Counted from the stretch's first letter, positions 1-9,420 are shown. The stretch is DNA of 32,000 nt from Candidatus Saccharimonadota bacterium (GCF_017656055.1 NZ_CP069383.1:150001-182000); one strand, 5' to 3'. Numbers and translations: made by a program. The notes: generated from the letters alone by a model not told the origin.

Positions 1-1183
1 TGAAATCAAATATTTTATTACCGTTAATTTTTATTCCGCCTGATATTATAATGTTTTTTGCCTTACTTTTAGATTTTATTACATCAAGTTTTAATAATGT
101 ATCTATTAAATTTATTCCTAATTTTAAATATATTTTATTTATACCTATATTTATTAAATAATTTATTTTTTTTTTACTTATATTTATAATATTATTATTT
201 TTATTATAACTTTTATTTAGAGAAAAATTTTTATTTATATTTTTTTCATATATTATTTTTACTAAATGATTAGCTAATATTTTTTTACATTTTATAATAT
301 TATCAATATTTTTATTTTTTTCTAATTCGTATATATAATTTAAATCATAAAAAGTTAGCATTTTGAATAAATCAAATATTTTATTATCTTCTATATTTAA
401 TATATATTGATATAATTCATAAGGAGTAGTTTTTTCTTTATCTAACCATATTATTTTTTTCTTATTTATATTAGATTTTCCTAATTTAAATCCTTTTTTA
501 TCTGTTAATATAGGAAAAGTTAATCCAAATACTTTTTTATTATATAATTTGTATATTAAATTTATTCCAAAATTTATATTAGAAAATTGATCTGAACCTC
601 CTATTTGCAATTTTACATTATTTTGTTTATACATTTTTAAAAAATCATAGCTTTGTAACAGTACATATGAAAATTCTTTAAATGATATATTATTATTATT
701 TTCTAATCTTTTTTTTATGAATTTATTATTTATAATTTTTTTTATTGAAAATAAATTACCTATATAATATATAAAATTTATTATATTTATTTTATTAAAC
801 CATTCTGAATTATTAATAATATTTACTTCAAATTTATTTATATATGAAAATTTTTTTATTTGATCTATTATTTTTTTTTTGAATTTATTTATTTCATCTT
901 TAAATATTATTTTTCTATTTTTATTTTTAAAACTTGGATCTCCTATTAAAGAAGTTGAATCTCCTATTAAAATAAATATTTTATTACCATAATTATATAA
1001 TCTTTTTAATAACGTTAATGATAATAAATGTCCTATATGTAGACTGTCATATGTTAAATCATAACCACAATATATATTTAAATTTTTATTATTTATATAT
1101 TCTTTTAATTCTTTTTCATTAGATATTTTATATATTAATTTTCTATTATATAAATCATCTATAAAATTTTTGTTTAATATCAT
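1..1183 (-). CDS. tyrS: Tyrosyl-tRNA synthetase, 3' end outside the window
   Basis: Not in the ORF track. Hand translation of the reverse complement from ATG (1183..1181) gives MILNKNFIDDLYNRKLIYKISNEKELKEYINNKNLNIYCGYDLTYDSLHIGHLL (class I HIGH motif). Further on come ...LTDKKGFKLGKS... (KMSKS-equivalent), ...WLDKEKTTPYELYQYI... and, at the edge, ...SKSKAKNIISGGIKINGNKIFDF (S4-like C-terminal domain). I checked codon by codon that bases 2-241 have no in-frame stop. About 394 codons are visible versus about 424 aa in E. coli. Confidence 0.85.
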   Translation of the reverse strand, partial: MILNKNFIDDLYNRKLIYKISNEKELKEYINNKNLNIYCGYDLTYDSLHIGHLLSLTLLKRLYNYGNKIFILIGDSTSLIGDPSFKNKNRKIIFKDEINKFKKKIIDQIKKFSYINKFEVNIINNSEWFNKINIINFIYYIGNLFSIKKIINNKFIKKRLENNNNISFKEFSYVLLQSYDFLKMYKQNNVKLQIGGSDQFSNINFGINLIYKLYNKKVFGLTFPILTDKKGFKLGKSNINKKKIIWLDKEKTTPYELYQYILNIEDNKIFDLFKMLTFYDLNYIYELEKNKNIDNIIKCKKILANHLVKIIYEKNINKNFSLNKSYNKNNNIINISKKKINYLINIGINKIYLKLGINLIDTLLKLDVIKSKSKAKNIIISGGIKINGNKIFDF

Positions 1184-1249
1184 ATATGTATTTTTTATAT
1201 TATTGTAATATACTGTATTATAAAAATTATATAAGACTTTTATTAAGTT

Positions 1250-3322
1250 ATGCACTTTCATAAAAATGTTATATTTAAATTATTATTTATATTTATAACT
1301 TTTTATATAATATTTAATTTATATATAAAAAATTTAAATTCTTATATATCAAATTATTTACAAAATAAAAATAATAATTTTTTATTATATAGTAAAATAT
1401 TCAAAATTTCTAAGAAAAAAAATTTTTATAAAAATAAAATAATTGATATATTATTAAATCATAATTATAATTTATCTAAATTTATATTAAAACCAGGAGA
1501 TTTAATAATAAATAAAAATAATTTAATTTTTTATCATAGATATTTTAATTATATAAAAAAAATAGATAAAAATCTTATTATAAAAATAAAATTTAAAAAT
1601 AATAAATTATATAAAATTATAAATATATGTAAAAATAAAAAAATAAATAAAATCTTAATAAATCCTATTATAATAAATTTAATTAATTATGATAAAAAAA
1701 GTAATATAAATTATTGTAATTTTATTTTTAATATAAATATCTTTCCTAGAATATTACTAGATATACTTATTTTAATAGAAGATAAAAATTTTTATAATCA
1801 TTATGGTATAAATTTTAAATCTATTATAAGAGCATTATTACAAAATATTTATAAATTAAAATTTATGCAAGGAGCAAGTACTATTACTCAACAATTATCA
1901 AGAAATATATTTTTAAATAATAAAAAAAATATTATAAGAAAATTAAAAGAAATTTTTATATCATTTTGTATAGAAAAAAATATTAATAAAAATAGAATAA
2001 TAGAATTATATCTAAATAAAGTATTTTTAGGTCAATCAGGTAATATAAAAATAAATGGTTTTTATTTAGCAAGTTTATATTATTATAATAAATATATTTA
2101 TGAATTGAATATAAATGAATTAATAATTCTTGTAAGTATGTTAAAAGGTTTAAATTATAATCCAATAAGAAATTATAATTTATCACTAAATAGAAGAAAT
2201 ATGATTTTATTAAAATTAAAAAATAATGATCTTATAAATGAAAAATTATATTATCAATTAGTTAATAAAAAAATAAAAATTAATTTAAATAATAAAATAA
2301 AAAATAAATATTGGTGTTATACAAGTAAAGTGTATAAAGAAATAAAAGATATAAAATATGATTTTAATTTTAATAATAATTATGAAATATTTAGTAATAT
2401 AGATATATTAAAATATAATTCTTTTAAAAAATCTATAAATATTTTTAATAAAAAGAATAATTATAAAAATTTTGATTTTTTAAGTATAATGGTAAATAAA
2501 AGAGGAAAATTAATAAACTTATTTTATTCTTTAAATTTTAATATTATTAATAATATAAATAAAATTTATAAAAAAAAACATATAGGTTCATTAATTAAAC
2601 CTATATTAAATTCCATAATATTAGATGTACCTTTTAATTTTAGGTTAGATACTAATATACCAAATAGCAAATTATATATAGAAGATAATAATAATAAATG
2701 GATTCCTAAAAATCATAATGAATTTTATAGTAATAATGTTACTTTATTAGATTCTCTTATAAATTCTTTAAATATACCTTATATTAATATAGGTTATTAT
2801 ATAGGATTAAAAAATGTTTTAAAAAAAATATATTATTTTTTAGAAGATAAAAATATACTTAAATTAAATAATGATTCTATTTTTATAGGTTCTTTAGATT
2901 TATCTATAATTGAATTATCTCAAATATATCAAACTATATATAATAATGGAAATTTGATAAAAATTGGTTCAATAAAATATATTATTGATAATAATAATAA
3001 TATAATATATAGTAATAAATATAATATATTTAAAAAAATAATTTCTAATAGATCTTGTTTATTAACATTATATAATATGAAAAAAGTTACAGAATTAGGT
3101 ACAGCAGTAAAATTAAATAAATTTAACTTTTTAAATATATTTAGTAAAACAGGTACTACTAAAAATTATATTAATAATTGGTTTATAGGTATAGATGGTG
3201 AAGATATTTGTATTATATGGATAGGAAATTATAATAATATTAAAAATTTTAATTTTAAACCAATAAATATATACTTTGAATATTTAAATAATTATAAATA
3301 TAATTTAAAAAATATATTATAA
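1250..3322 (+). CDS. mrcB: Bifunctional class A penicillin-binding protein (PBP1B-like transglycosylase/transpeptidase)
   Basis: 690-aa ORF with an N-terminal TM helix (VIFKLLFIFITFYIIFNLYI). GT51 motifs are present: EDKNFYNHYG, GASTITQQL, RKLKE, IIELYLNKVFLGQSG, RRNMIL. Transpeptidase motifs are present: IGSLIKP (SxxK), SLN (SxN), KTGTT (KTG). Long stretches track E. coli PBP1B, e.g. GFYLASLYYY.../GFPLASLYYF... and KTGTTKNYINNWFIGIDG/KTGTTNNNVDTWFAGIDG. Confidence 0.85.
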   Translation: MHFHKNVIFKLLFIFITFYIIFNLYIKNLNSYISNYLQNKNNNFLLYSKIFKISKKKNFYKNKIIDILLNHNYNLSKFILKPGDLIINKNNLIFYHRYFNYIKKIDKNLIIKIKFKNNKLYKIINICKNKKINKILINPIIINLINYDKKSNINYCNFIFNINIFPRILLDILILIEDKNFYNHYGINFKSIIRALLQNIYKLKFMQGASTITQQLSRNIFLNNKKNIIRKLKEIFISFCIEKNINKNRIIELYLNKVFLGQSGNIKINGFYLASLYYYNKYIYELNINELIILVSMLKGLNYNPIRNYNLSLNRRNMILLKLKNNDLINEKLYYQLVNKKIKINLNNKIKNKYWCYTSKVYKEIKDIKYDFNFNNNYEIFSNIDILKYNSFKKSINIFNKKNNYKNFDFLSIMVNKRGKLINLFYSLNFNIINNINKIYKKKHIGSLIKPILNSIILDVPFNFRLDTNIPNSKLYIEDNNNKWIPKNHNEFYSNNVTLLDSLINSLNIPYINIGYYIGLKNVLKKIYYFLEDKNILKLNNDSIFIGSLDLSIIELSQIYQTIYNNGNLIKIGSIKYIIDNNNNIIYSNKYNIFKKIISNRSCLLTLYNMKKVTELGTAVKLNKFNFLNIFSKTGTTKNYINNWFIGIDGEDICIIWIGNYNNIKNFNFKPINIYFEYLNNYKYNLKNIL

Positions 3323-3404
3323 AATACTTTTAGTTTTAAAAAATAAATATATAATATTTATTAATAATTTAATTTTTTTTAAAATATAAATACATAGGAA
3401 AATT

Positions 3405-5312
3405 ATGAACAAAATAATAGGTATAGACTTAGGAACAACTAACTCCTGTGTTTCTGTTATAGAAAATAATAAACCAAAAGTTATAGAAAACAGTGAAGGA
3501 GATAGAACAACACCATCAGTTGTTGCTTATACTAAAGATGGTGAAGTTTTAGTAGGTCAATCAGCTAAACGTCAAGCTATAACAAATCCTAAAAATACAT
3601 TATTTGCTATAAAAAGATTAATAGGAAAAAAATTTAGTGATATTAGTAATAAAATGGATATAAATGTAATGCCTTATAAAATAGTAGAATCAGATAACGG
3701 AGATGCATGGGTTGAAGTTGATAATAAAAAAATAGCACCTCAACAGGTATCTGCTGAAATATTAAAAAAAATGAAAAAAACAGCAGAAGATTATTTAGGT
3801 GAAAAAATAAGTGAAGCAGTTATAACTGTGCCTGCTTATTTTAATGATACTCAACGTCAAGCTACAAAAGATGCTGGTAAAATAGCTGGATTAGATGTTA
3901 AAAGAATAATAAATGAACCAACAGCTGCGGCTTTAGCATATGGATTGGATAAGAATTTAAGTAATAGTAAAATAATTGCTGTTTATGATTTAGGTGGTGG
4001 TACATTTGATATTTCTATAATAGAAATTGATGAAGTTGATGGAGAAAAAACTTTTGAAGTTTTATCTACAAATGGTGATACTAATTTAGGAGGTGAAGAT
4101 TTTGATTCTAAAATAATAAATTATTTATTAAATGATTTTAGAATTACTAATAACATAGATTTAAGAAATGATGCTTTATCTATGCAAAGATTAAAAGAAG
4201 CTTCAGAAAAAGCTAAAATAGAATTGTCATCTTCTAATCAAACTGAAATTAATTTACCTTATATTACAGCTGATAATACAGGACCTAAACATATAAATAT
4301 AAAAATTACTAGAGCAAAATTAGAATCTTTAGTTGAGGATTTAATAGATAAAACTATGGAACCTATTAAAATAGCTTTAAAAGATGCTAATTTAGATATT
4401 TCAAAAATAGATGATATAATATTAGTTGGTGGTCAAACAAGAATGCCTTTAGTTCAGAAAAAAGTACATAATTTTTTTGGAAAAGAAGCTAAAAAAGATA
4501 TTAACCCTGATGAAGCTGTTTCTATAGGTGCTTCTATACAAGGTGGAGTATTATCAGGAAAAGTTAAAGATTTATTATTATTAGATGTTACTCCTTTATC
4601 TTTAGGTATAGAAACAATGGGAGGAATTATGACAATATTAATATCTAAAAATACTACTATACCAACTAAACATAGTCAAATTTTTTCTACAGCAGAAGAT
4701 AATCAGTCAGCTGTTACAATACATATATTACAAGGAGAAAGAAAAAGAGCTATAGATAATAAATCATTAGGTCAATTTAATTTAGATGGTATAGCTCCAG
4801 CTATGAGAGGTGTACCTCAAATAGAAGTTACATTTAATATAGATGTTGATGGTATTTTACATGTTTCCGCTAAAGATAAAAATAGTGGTAAGGAACAAAG
4901 TATAACTATAAAATCTTCTTCAGGTTTAAGTGAGGAAGAAATTAAAAAAATGATACATGAAGCAGAATTAAATTTAGATTCAGATAAAAAATTTGAAGAA
5001 TTATCATTAATTAAAAATCAAGCTGATAATTTATTACATAATATTAAAAAACAACTAAATGAAGTTAATGATATTATAGATTCAAATGATAAAAATAATA
5101 TAGATAAATATATATTAGAATTAGAAGATTCATTAAAAACAGATAATAAAGAAATTATAGAAGAAAAAATAAAAAACTTAATACAAAATTCAGGTAAATT
5201 ATCAGAATTAATTAATAAAAAAAATAATGATAATAAATCATCAACAACAAAAGATGTATCTGATGCTGAATATGAAGAAGTAGATAAAAATAGTAATGAA
5301 AATAATAAATAA
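3405..5312 (+). CDS. dnaK: Hsp70 chaperone DnaK
   Basis: 635 aa. Contains [31 protein letters not shown] and the C-terminal DAEYEEVD. An AGGA sits 5 nt upstream of the ATG. Confidence 0.98.
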   Translation: MNKIIGIDLGTTNSCVSVIENNKPKVIENSEGDRTTPSVVAYTKDGEVLVGQSAKRQAITNPKNTLFAIKRLIGKKFSDISNKMDINVMPYKIVESDNGDAWVEVDNKKIAPQQVSAEILKKMKKTAEDYLGEKISEAVITVPAYFNDTQRQATKDAGKIAGLDVKRIINEPTAAALAYGLDKNLSNSKIIAVYDLGGGTFDISIIEIDEVDGEKTFEVLSTNGDTNLGGEDFDSKIINYLLNDFRITNNIDLRNDALSMQRLKEASEKAKIELSSSNQTEINLPYITADNTGPKHINIKITRAKLESLVEDLIDKTMEPIKIALKDANLDISKIDDIILVGGQTRMPLVQKKVHNFFGKEAKKDINPDEAVSIGASIQGGVLSGKVKDLLLLDVTPLSLGIETMGGIMTILISKNTTIPTKHSQIFSTAEDNQSAVTIHILQGERKRAIDNKSLGQFNLDGIAPAMRGVPQIEVTFNIDVDGILHVSAKDKNSGKEQSITIKSSSGLSEEEIKKMIHEAELNLDSDKKFEELSLIKNQADNLLHNIKKQLNEVNDIIDSNDKNNIDKYILELEDSLKTDNKEIIEEKIKNLIQNSGKLSELINKKNNDNKSSTTKDVSDAEYEEVDKNSNENNK

Positions 5313-5351
5313 TTTTTTTTATTAATAAAAAAAAAATAAAATTGTAAATAT

Positions 5352-6470
5352 ATGTCAAAAAAAAAAGATTATTATCAAATTTTAGGTGTATCTAGAAATT
5401 CTGATGATAAAGAAATTAAAAGAGCATATAAACGTTTAGCTATTAAATATCATCCTGATCATAATCAGGGTGATATAAAGTCAGAGGAAAAGTTTAAGGA
5501 AATAAAAGAAGCTTATGAAATATTAATAGATCCTAAAAAAAGATCACATTATGATAAGTATGGTAATGAAGATTTTTCTTACGAAAATTCAAATGATGGA
5601 TTTGATTTTAAAAGTGATTCATTTGGTGATATATTCGGTGATATATTTAGTGATATATTTAATAATAATACTAATAATTATAGTTCTAAAAATTGTGATA
5701 TAAAATGTAATTTAGAAATAGATTTAGAAGATTCAGTATCTGGATCTATAAAAAATATAGATGTGATGGTTTTAGATATTTGTGATATATGTGGTGGTAC
5801 TGGATCTAAAGATCGTAAATTACATAATTGTTTATATTGTAAAGGCCAAGGTAAAATACAAATAAAACAAGGTTTTTTTATAGTTCAACAAATATGTAGT
5901 CATTGTAATGGTAATGGTAAAACAATTAAGAATCCTTGTAATAAATGTTATGGTAAATCTTATATAAAAAAAAATAAAAAATTTTCTATAAAATTACCTA
6001 TGGGAATAAATACAGGTGATTATATAAAAATAACTGGAGTAGGTAATATATATAAAAATAATAAAAGAGGTGATATATATGTTTATATAAAAGTTAAATC
6101 ACATCCCATATTTTATAGAGAAAATGATAATTTATGTTGTGAAGTTCCTATTAATTTTTCTATTGCTGCTTTAGGAGGTGAAATAGAAATTCCTTTTTTA
6201 AATAATAAAAATATAAAATTAAAAATACCTTATGAAACTCAAACTGGAAAATTATTAAGAGTTAAAGGTAAAGGTGTTAATAATATTAAAAAAAATATAA
6301 TTGGAGATCTGTTATGTAAAGTAATAGTTGAAACTCCTGTAAATTTAAATGATAAACAAAAAAAAATCTTAATAGATTTAGATAATTCTTTTAAAAATAA
6401 TAATAATCAAAATAGTCCTAAATATAAAACTTTTTTTGATAAAGTTAAAAATTTCTTTAGTAATTTATAA
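5352..6470 (+). CDS. dnaJ: Hsp40 co-chaperone DnaJ
   Basis: 372 aa. J domain DYYQILGV...YHPD, a short G/F-like segment ([13 protein letters not shown]), and four Cys-rich repeats [32 protein letters not shown] (the last ends in S rather than G). Confidence 0.95.
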   Translation: MSKKKDYYQILGVSRNSDDKEIKRAYKRLAIKYHPDHNQGDIKSEEKFKEIKEAYEILIDPKKRSHYDKYGNEDFSYENSNDGFDFKSDSFGDIFGDIFSDIFNNNTNNYSSKNCDIKCNLEIDLEDSVSGSIKNIDVMVLDICDICGGTGSKDRKLHNCLYCKGQGKIQIKQGFFIVQQICSHCNGNGKTIKNPCNKCYGKSYIKKNKKFSIKLPMGINTGDYIKITGVGNIYKNNKRGDIYVYIKVKSHPIFYRENDNLCCEVPINFSIAALGGEIEIPFLNNKNIKLKIPYETQTGKLLRVKGKGVNNIKKNIIGDLLCKVIVETPVNLNDKQKKILIDLDNSFKNNNNQNSPKYKTFFDKVKNFFSNL

Positions 6471-6491
6471 GAATTTTATTTAAAAAAAAAT

Positions 6492-7481
6492 ATGGAAGAA
6501 AAAAAAAAATTTTTAGATTTAGCATTATTACATATAGAAAAACAATTTGGTAAAGGATCAATAATGAAGTTAGGAGAAGATAAATCTATGATGGATATGG
6601 AATCTATATCTACTGGTTCTATATTATTAGATGAAGCTTTAGGAGTTGGAGGTTTACCTTTAGGTAGGATAGTGGAAATTTATGGTCCTGAATCATCTGG
6701 AAAAACTACTTTAGCATTACAAATAATAGCTAAAGCTCAAGAAGAAGGAAAAATATGTGTTTTTATAGATGCTGAACATGCATTAGATCCCATTTATGCT
6801 AGTAAGATTGGGGTTAATATAAATGAATTGTTATGTTCTCAACCAGATACAGGAGAACAAGCTTTGGAAATATGTGATATTTTAGTTAAATCTCAATCTG
6901 TAGATGTTATAGTAATTGATTCTGTAGCTGCATTAGTTCCAAAAGCTGAAATAGAAGGAGATATAGGAGATTCACATATAGGATTAACAGCTAGAATGAT
7001 GAGTAGAGCAATGAGAAAATTAGCTGGAAATTTAAAAAATTTTAATACTTTATTAATATTTATAAATCAAATAAGAATGAAAATAGGAGTTTCTTTTGGT
7101 AGTTCTGAAACTACTACTGGAGGTAATGCTTTAAAATTTTATGCTTCTATTAGATTAGATATAAGAAAAATAGGATTAGTTAAAGATGGTGATAATATAA
7201 TAGGAAATCAAATAAGAGTTAAAGTTGTTAAAAATAAAGTATCTGTTCCATTTAAACAAGCTGAATTTGAAATTATATATGGATTTGGTATAAATATATA
7301 TGGAGAATTAATAGATTTAGGTATAAAACATAAATTAATAGAAAAATCTGGTTCATGGTATAGTTATAATAATGAAAGTATAGGTCAGGGTAGAGTAAAT
7401 GTTTGTAAATTTTTAAAATTAAATAAAAATATTTTTGATTCATTAAATAGTAATATAAAAAAAATATTATTTGGTAAATAA
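6492..7481 (+). CDS. recA: Recombinase RecA, lacking the acidic C-terminal tail
   Basis: 329 aa. Walker [10 protein letters not shown], plus [40 protein letters not shown]. The core is near-collinear with E. coli RecA. It ends ...NIKKILFGK, about where E. coli has ...VRELLLS. Confidence 0.97.
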   Translation: MEEKKKFLDLALLHIEKQFGKGSIMKLGEDKSMMDMESISTGSILLDEALGVGGLPLGRIVEIYGPESSGKTTLALQIIAKAQEEGKICVFIDAEHALDPIYASKIGVNINELLCSQPDTGEQALEICDILVKSQSVDVIVIDSVAALVPKAEIEGDIGDSHIGLTARMMSRAMRKLAGNLKNFNTLLIFINQIRMKIGVSFGSSETTTGGNALKFYASIRLDIRKIGLVKDGDNIIGNQIRVKVVKNKVSVPFKQAEFEIIYGFGINIYGELIDLGIKHKLIEKSGSWYSYNNESIGQGRVNVCKFLKLNKNIFDSLNSNIKKILFGK

Positions 7482-7490
7482 AAAAAAAAT

Positions 7491-8783
7491 ATGTTTTTAT
7501 CAGATTTAAGAAAACTTTTCATTAATTATTTTATTGAAAATAATCATAAATATATAAAAAGTAGTTCTATAGTTTCAAAATATAAAGATTTATTATTTGT
7601 TAATTCAGGTATGAGTGTTTTTAAAAAATTATTTTATAACAATAATAATTTAAATTTTGTTGATATAGTAAGTAACCAAAAATGCTTAAGAGTAAATGGT
7701 AAATATAATGATATTAATAATATAGGATTTTCAGATAGACATAATACTTTTTTTGAAATGTTAGGAAATTTTAGTTTTGGTAATTATTTTAAAGAAAAAT
7801 CTATATATATGTCATTTAAATTTTTAACTGATAAAAATTATTTATCTATTGATATAAATAAAATAATTATTACTGTTTATTATGAAGATTATGATTCATA
7901 TAATATATGGAAAAAATTAGGTATAAAAAAATATAACATAGTTAAAGTTGGTGATAAAAATAATATAAAGTATAATTCTGATAATTTTTGGAATATATCC
8001 TATTTTGGTTTATGTGGTCCATGTACAGAAATATATTATGATTTTGGTGATAAATATGATGGTAATTTTCCAGGATATGGTAATGTTGGTGATAGATATT
8101 TAGAAATATGGAATTTAGTTTTTATACAATATATAATGAATAAAGATAGAAATTTATTAAAATTAAAATATAATTCTGTAGATACTGGTATGGGTTTAGA
8201 AAGAATTGTTTCAGTTATTCAAAATGTAAATTCTAATTATGAAATAAAATTATTTAAAGATTTAATAGATATAATAAAAATTGAATTATATAAAATTAAT
8301 TTTAGTGTTACTTTTGTAAAAAATATAAGTAATAGTTTTTTTAAAATAATTTCTGATCATATTAGATCTAGTATATTTATAATTAATGATGGAATTTTCC
8401 CTTCTAATAAAAAACATGGTTATATATTAAGAAAAATAATAAGAAGGTCTTATTATAATTTAACATCAATAGGTATAAAAAAACCATTTTTATATAAGTT
8501 AATTAATAAATTTTTATTAGTACTATATGATAATTATAATGATAAATCATTATTAAAAACTAATAATAATATTAATAAAAATATAGAAGATATAATATTT
8601 AAAGAAGAAAATAATTTTATAAGTATATTAAATAATGGATTATTAATATTAAAAAAAGAATGTAAAACTAATAATAATTTTTTTAGTAGAGAAACAATAA
8701 ATAAGTTGTATAATACTTATGGTTTACCTATAAAATTAATATTAGATTTTTGTAAAAGTAATAATATAAACTTTGAATACTAA
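7491..8783 (+). CDS. alaS: Alanyl-tRNA synthetase, catalytic/tRNA-recognition fragment only
   Basis: 430 aa. Contains RHNTFFEMLGNFSFGNYFK, GLCGPCTEIYYD, DRYLEIWNLVFIQY, VDTGMGLERIVSVIQNVNSNYE, ISDHIRSSIFIINDGIFPSNKKHGYILRKIIRR and LYNTYGLPI. It stops about 445 residues into the E. coli alignment. Flanked by recA 9 nt upstream and tRNA-Ser 26 nt downstream. Confidence 0.9.
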   Translation: MFLSDLRKLFINYFIENNHKYIKSSSIVSKYKDLLFVNSGMSVFKKLFYNNNNLNFVDIVSNQKCLRVNGKYNDINNIGFSDRHNTFFEMLGNFSFGNYFKEKSIYMSFKFLTDKNYLSIDINKIIITVYYEDYDSYNIWKKLGIKKYNIVKVGDKNNIKYNSDNFWNISYFGLCGPCTEIYYDFGDKYDGNFPGYGNVGDRYLEIWNLVFIQYIMNKDRNLLKLKYNSVDTGMGLERIVSVIQNVNSNYEIKLFKDLIDIIKIELYKINFSVTFVKNISNSFFKIISDHIRSSIFIINDGIFPSNKKHGYILRKIIRRSYYNLTSIGIKKPFLYKLINKFLLVLYDNYNDKSLLKTNNNINKNIEDIIFKEENNFISILNNGLLILKKECKTNNNFFSRETINKLYNTYGLPIKLILDFCKSNNINFEY

Positions 8784-8809
8784 TTAATTTTAGTATTTTA
8801 TATATATAA

Positions 8810-8895
8810 GATGAGATGACCGAGTGGTTTAAGGTGCTCCTCTGCTAATGGAGTATATTTTAATAATATCGAGGGTTCGAATCCCTCTCTCATCG
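8810..8895 (+). tRNA. serV: tRNA-Ser (anticodon GCU), class II with long variable arm
   Basis: Hand-folded. Acceptor gatgaga/tctcatc, anticodon arm ctcct-ctGCTaa-tggag, long variable arm, T arm gaggg-ttcgaat-ccctc, discriminator g. Resembles E. coli serV. No encoded CCA. Confidence 0.9.
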
Positions 8896-8897
8896 TT

Positions 8898-8970
8898 ACA
8901 TTTGTAGCTCAGAGGATAGAGCATTCGGATACGAACCGAAAGGTCGAAGGTTCGAATCCTTCCAAATGTG
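8898..8970 (+). tRNA. argV: tRNA-Arg (anticodon ACG)
   Basis: Acceptor acatttg/caaatgt, D arm gctc-agaggata-gagc, anticodon arm ttcgg-atACGaa-ccgaa, T arm gaagg-ttcgaat-ccttc. No encoded CCA. Starts 2 nt after tRNA-Ser. Confidence 0.9.
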
Positions 8971-9032
8971 TTATATAAGTTATTGTTTTTTTTATAATTA
9001 TATAATATAATTTAAATTAATATAAATATTTT

Positions 9033-9106
9033 GCCGATATAGCTCAGTTGGTAAGAGCAACTGATTTGTAATCAGTAGGTCAAAGGTTCGATTCCTTTTA
9101 TCGGCT
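9033..9106 (+). tRNA. thrU: tRNA-Thr (anticodon UGU)
   Basis: Acceptor gccgata/tatcggc, D arm tagctcagttggtaagagca, anticodon arm actga-ttTGTaa-tcagt, T loop ttcgatt. No CCA. Confidence 0.9.
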
Positions 9107-9123
9107 AATAAAAATTTAATAAA

Positions 9124-9209
9124 GGTGGGGTTCCCGAGTGGTTAAAGGGATCAGACTGTAAATCTGCTGTCTAATATAGACTTCGAAGGTTCGAATCCTT
9201 CCCCCATCA
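9124..9209 (+). tRNA. tyrU: tRNA-Tyr (anticodon GUA), long variable arm
   Basis: Acceptor ggtgggg/ccccatc, anticodon arm tcaga-ctGTAaa-tctgc (27-43 is a U.C mismatch), T arm gaagg-ttcgaat-ccttc. Very close to E. coli tRNA-Tyr as I recall it. No CCA. Confidence 0.9.
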
Positions 9210-9220
9210 TTAATTTTTTT

Positions 9221-9291
9221 GCGAGCATAATATAATGGTATTATATTAACCTTCCAAGTTAAATATATGGGTTCAATTCCCATTGTTCGCT
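9221..9291 (+). tRNA. glyT: tRNA-Gly (anticodon UCC)
   Basis: Acceptor gcgagca/tgttcgc, all-AT D stem, anticodon arm ttaac-ctTCCaa-gttaa, T arm atggg-ttcaatt-cccat. 71 nt. No CCA. Confidence 0.82.
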
Positions 9292-9322
9292 ATGTTTTTT
9301 TTTTAAAAGTAATAAATAATTT

Positions 9323-9395
9323 GTTGATATAGCTCAGAAGGTAGAGCACATTCTTGGTATGAATGTTGTCGGCAGTTCGATTCTGCCTATCAGCA
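9323..9395 (+). tRNA. thrT: tRNA-Thr (anticodon GGU)
   Basis: Acceptor gttgata/tatcagc, D arm tagctcagaaggtagagca, anticodon arm cattc-ttGGTat-gaatg, T arm ggcag-ttcgatt-ctgcc. No CCA. Lies 25 nt upstream of tuf, as in the E. coli tufB operon. Confidence 0.9.
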
Positions 9396-9420
9396 TTAAA
9401 TAAAATAATAAATAAAAAAA

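Noticed and set aside
2018-2020. Lys in mrcB at ELYLNKVFLG where E. coli PBP1B has Glu (YMNEVYLG). I first read this as loss of a catalytic glutamate.
   Set aside because: Recounting the E. coli numbering from memory places the catalytic pair in EDxxF (E233) and RKxxE (E290). Both are conserved here (EDKNF, RKLKE). As I recall, the substituted position is variable among GT51 enzymes.
1983-2186. Antisense ORFs in the track: 1983-2186, 12277-12549, 15295-15486, 20752-20937, 23759-23989, 24751-24939, 26926-27168 and 28280-28489, all on the minus strand.
   Set aside because: Each lies wholly inside, or spans the junction of, well-supported plus-strand genes. Each encodes I/F/Y/N/L low-complexity peptides with no recognisable motif. 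In DNA of about 85% A+T, the antisense of a Lys/Asn/Ile-rich gene is often open by chance.
3323-3404. Looked for a sigma-32 heat-shock promoter (CTTGAAA ... CCCCATnT type) upstream of dnaK.
   Set aside because: No such motifs are present. The spacer is almost pure A/T apart from the AGGA ribosome-binding site.
8983-9011. TTGTTT-17 nt-TATAAT promoter-like pair about 22 nt upstream of tRNA-Thr(UGU), and similar -10-like hexamers in the tyrS/mrcB divergent spacer (1184-1249).
   Set aside because: TATAAT-like hexamers occur by chance every few dozen bases at this composition, and three overlap in this spacer alone. Without transcript 5' ends, the match carries little information.
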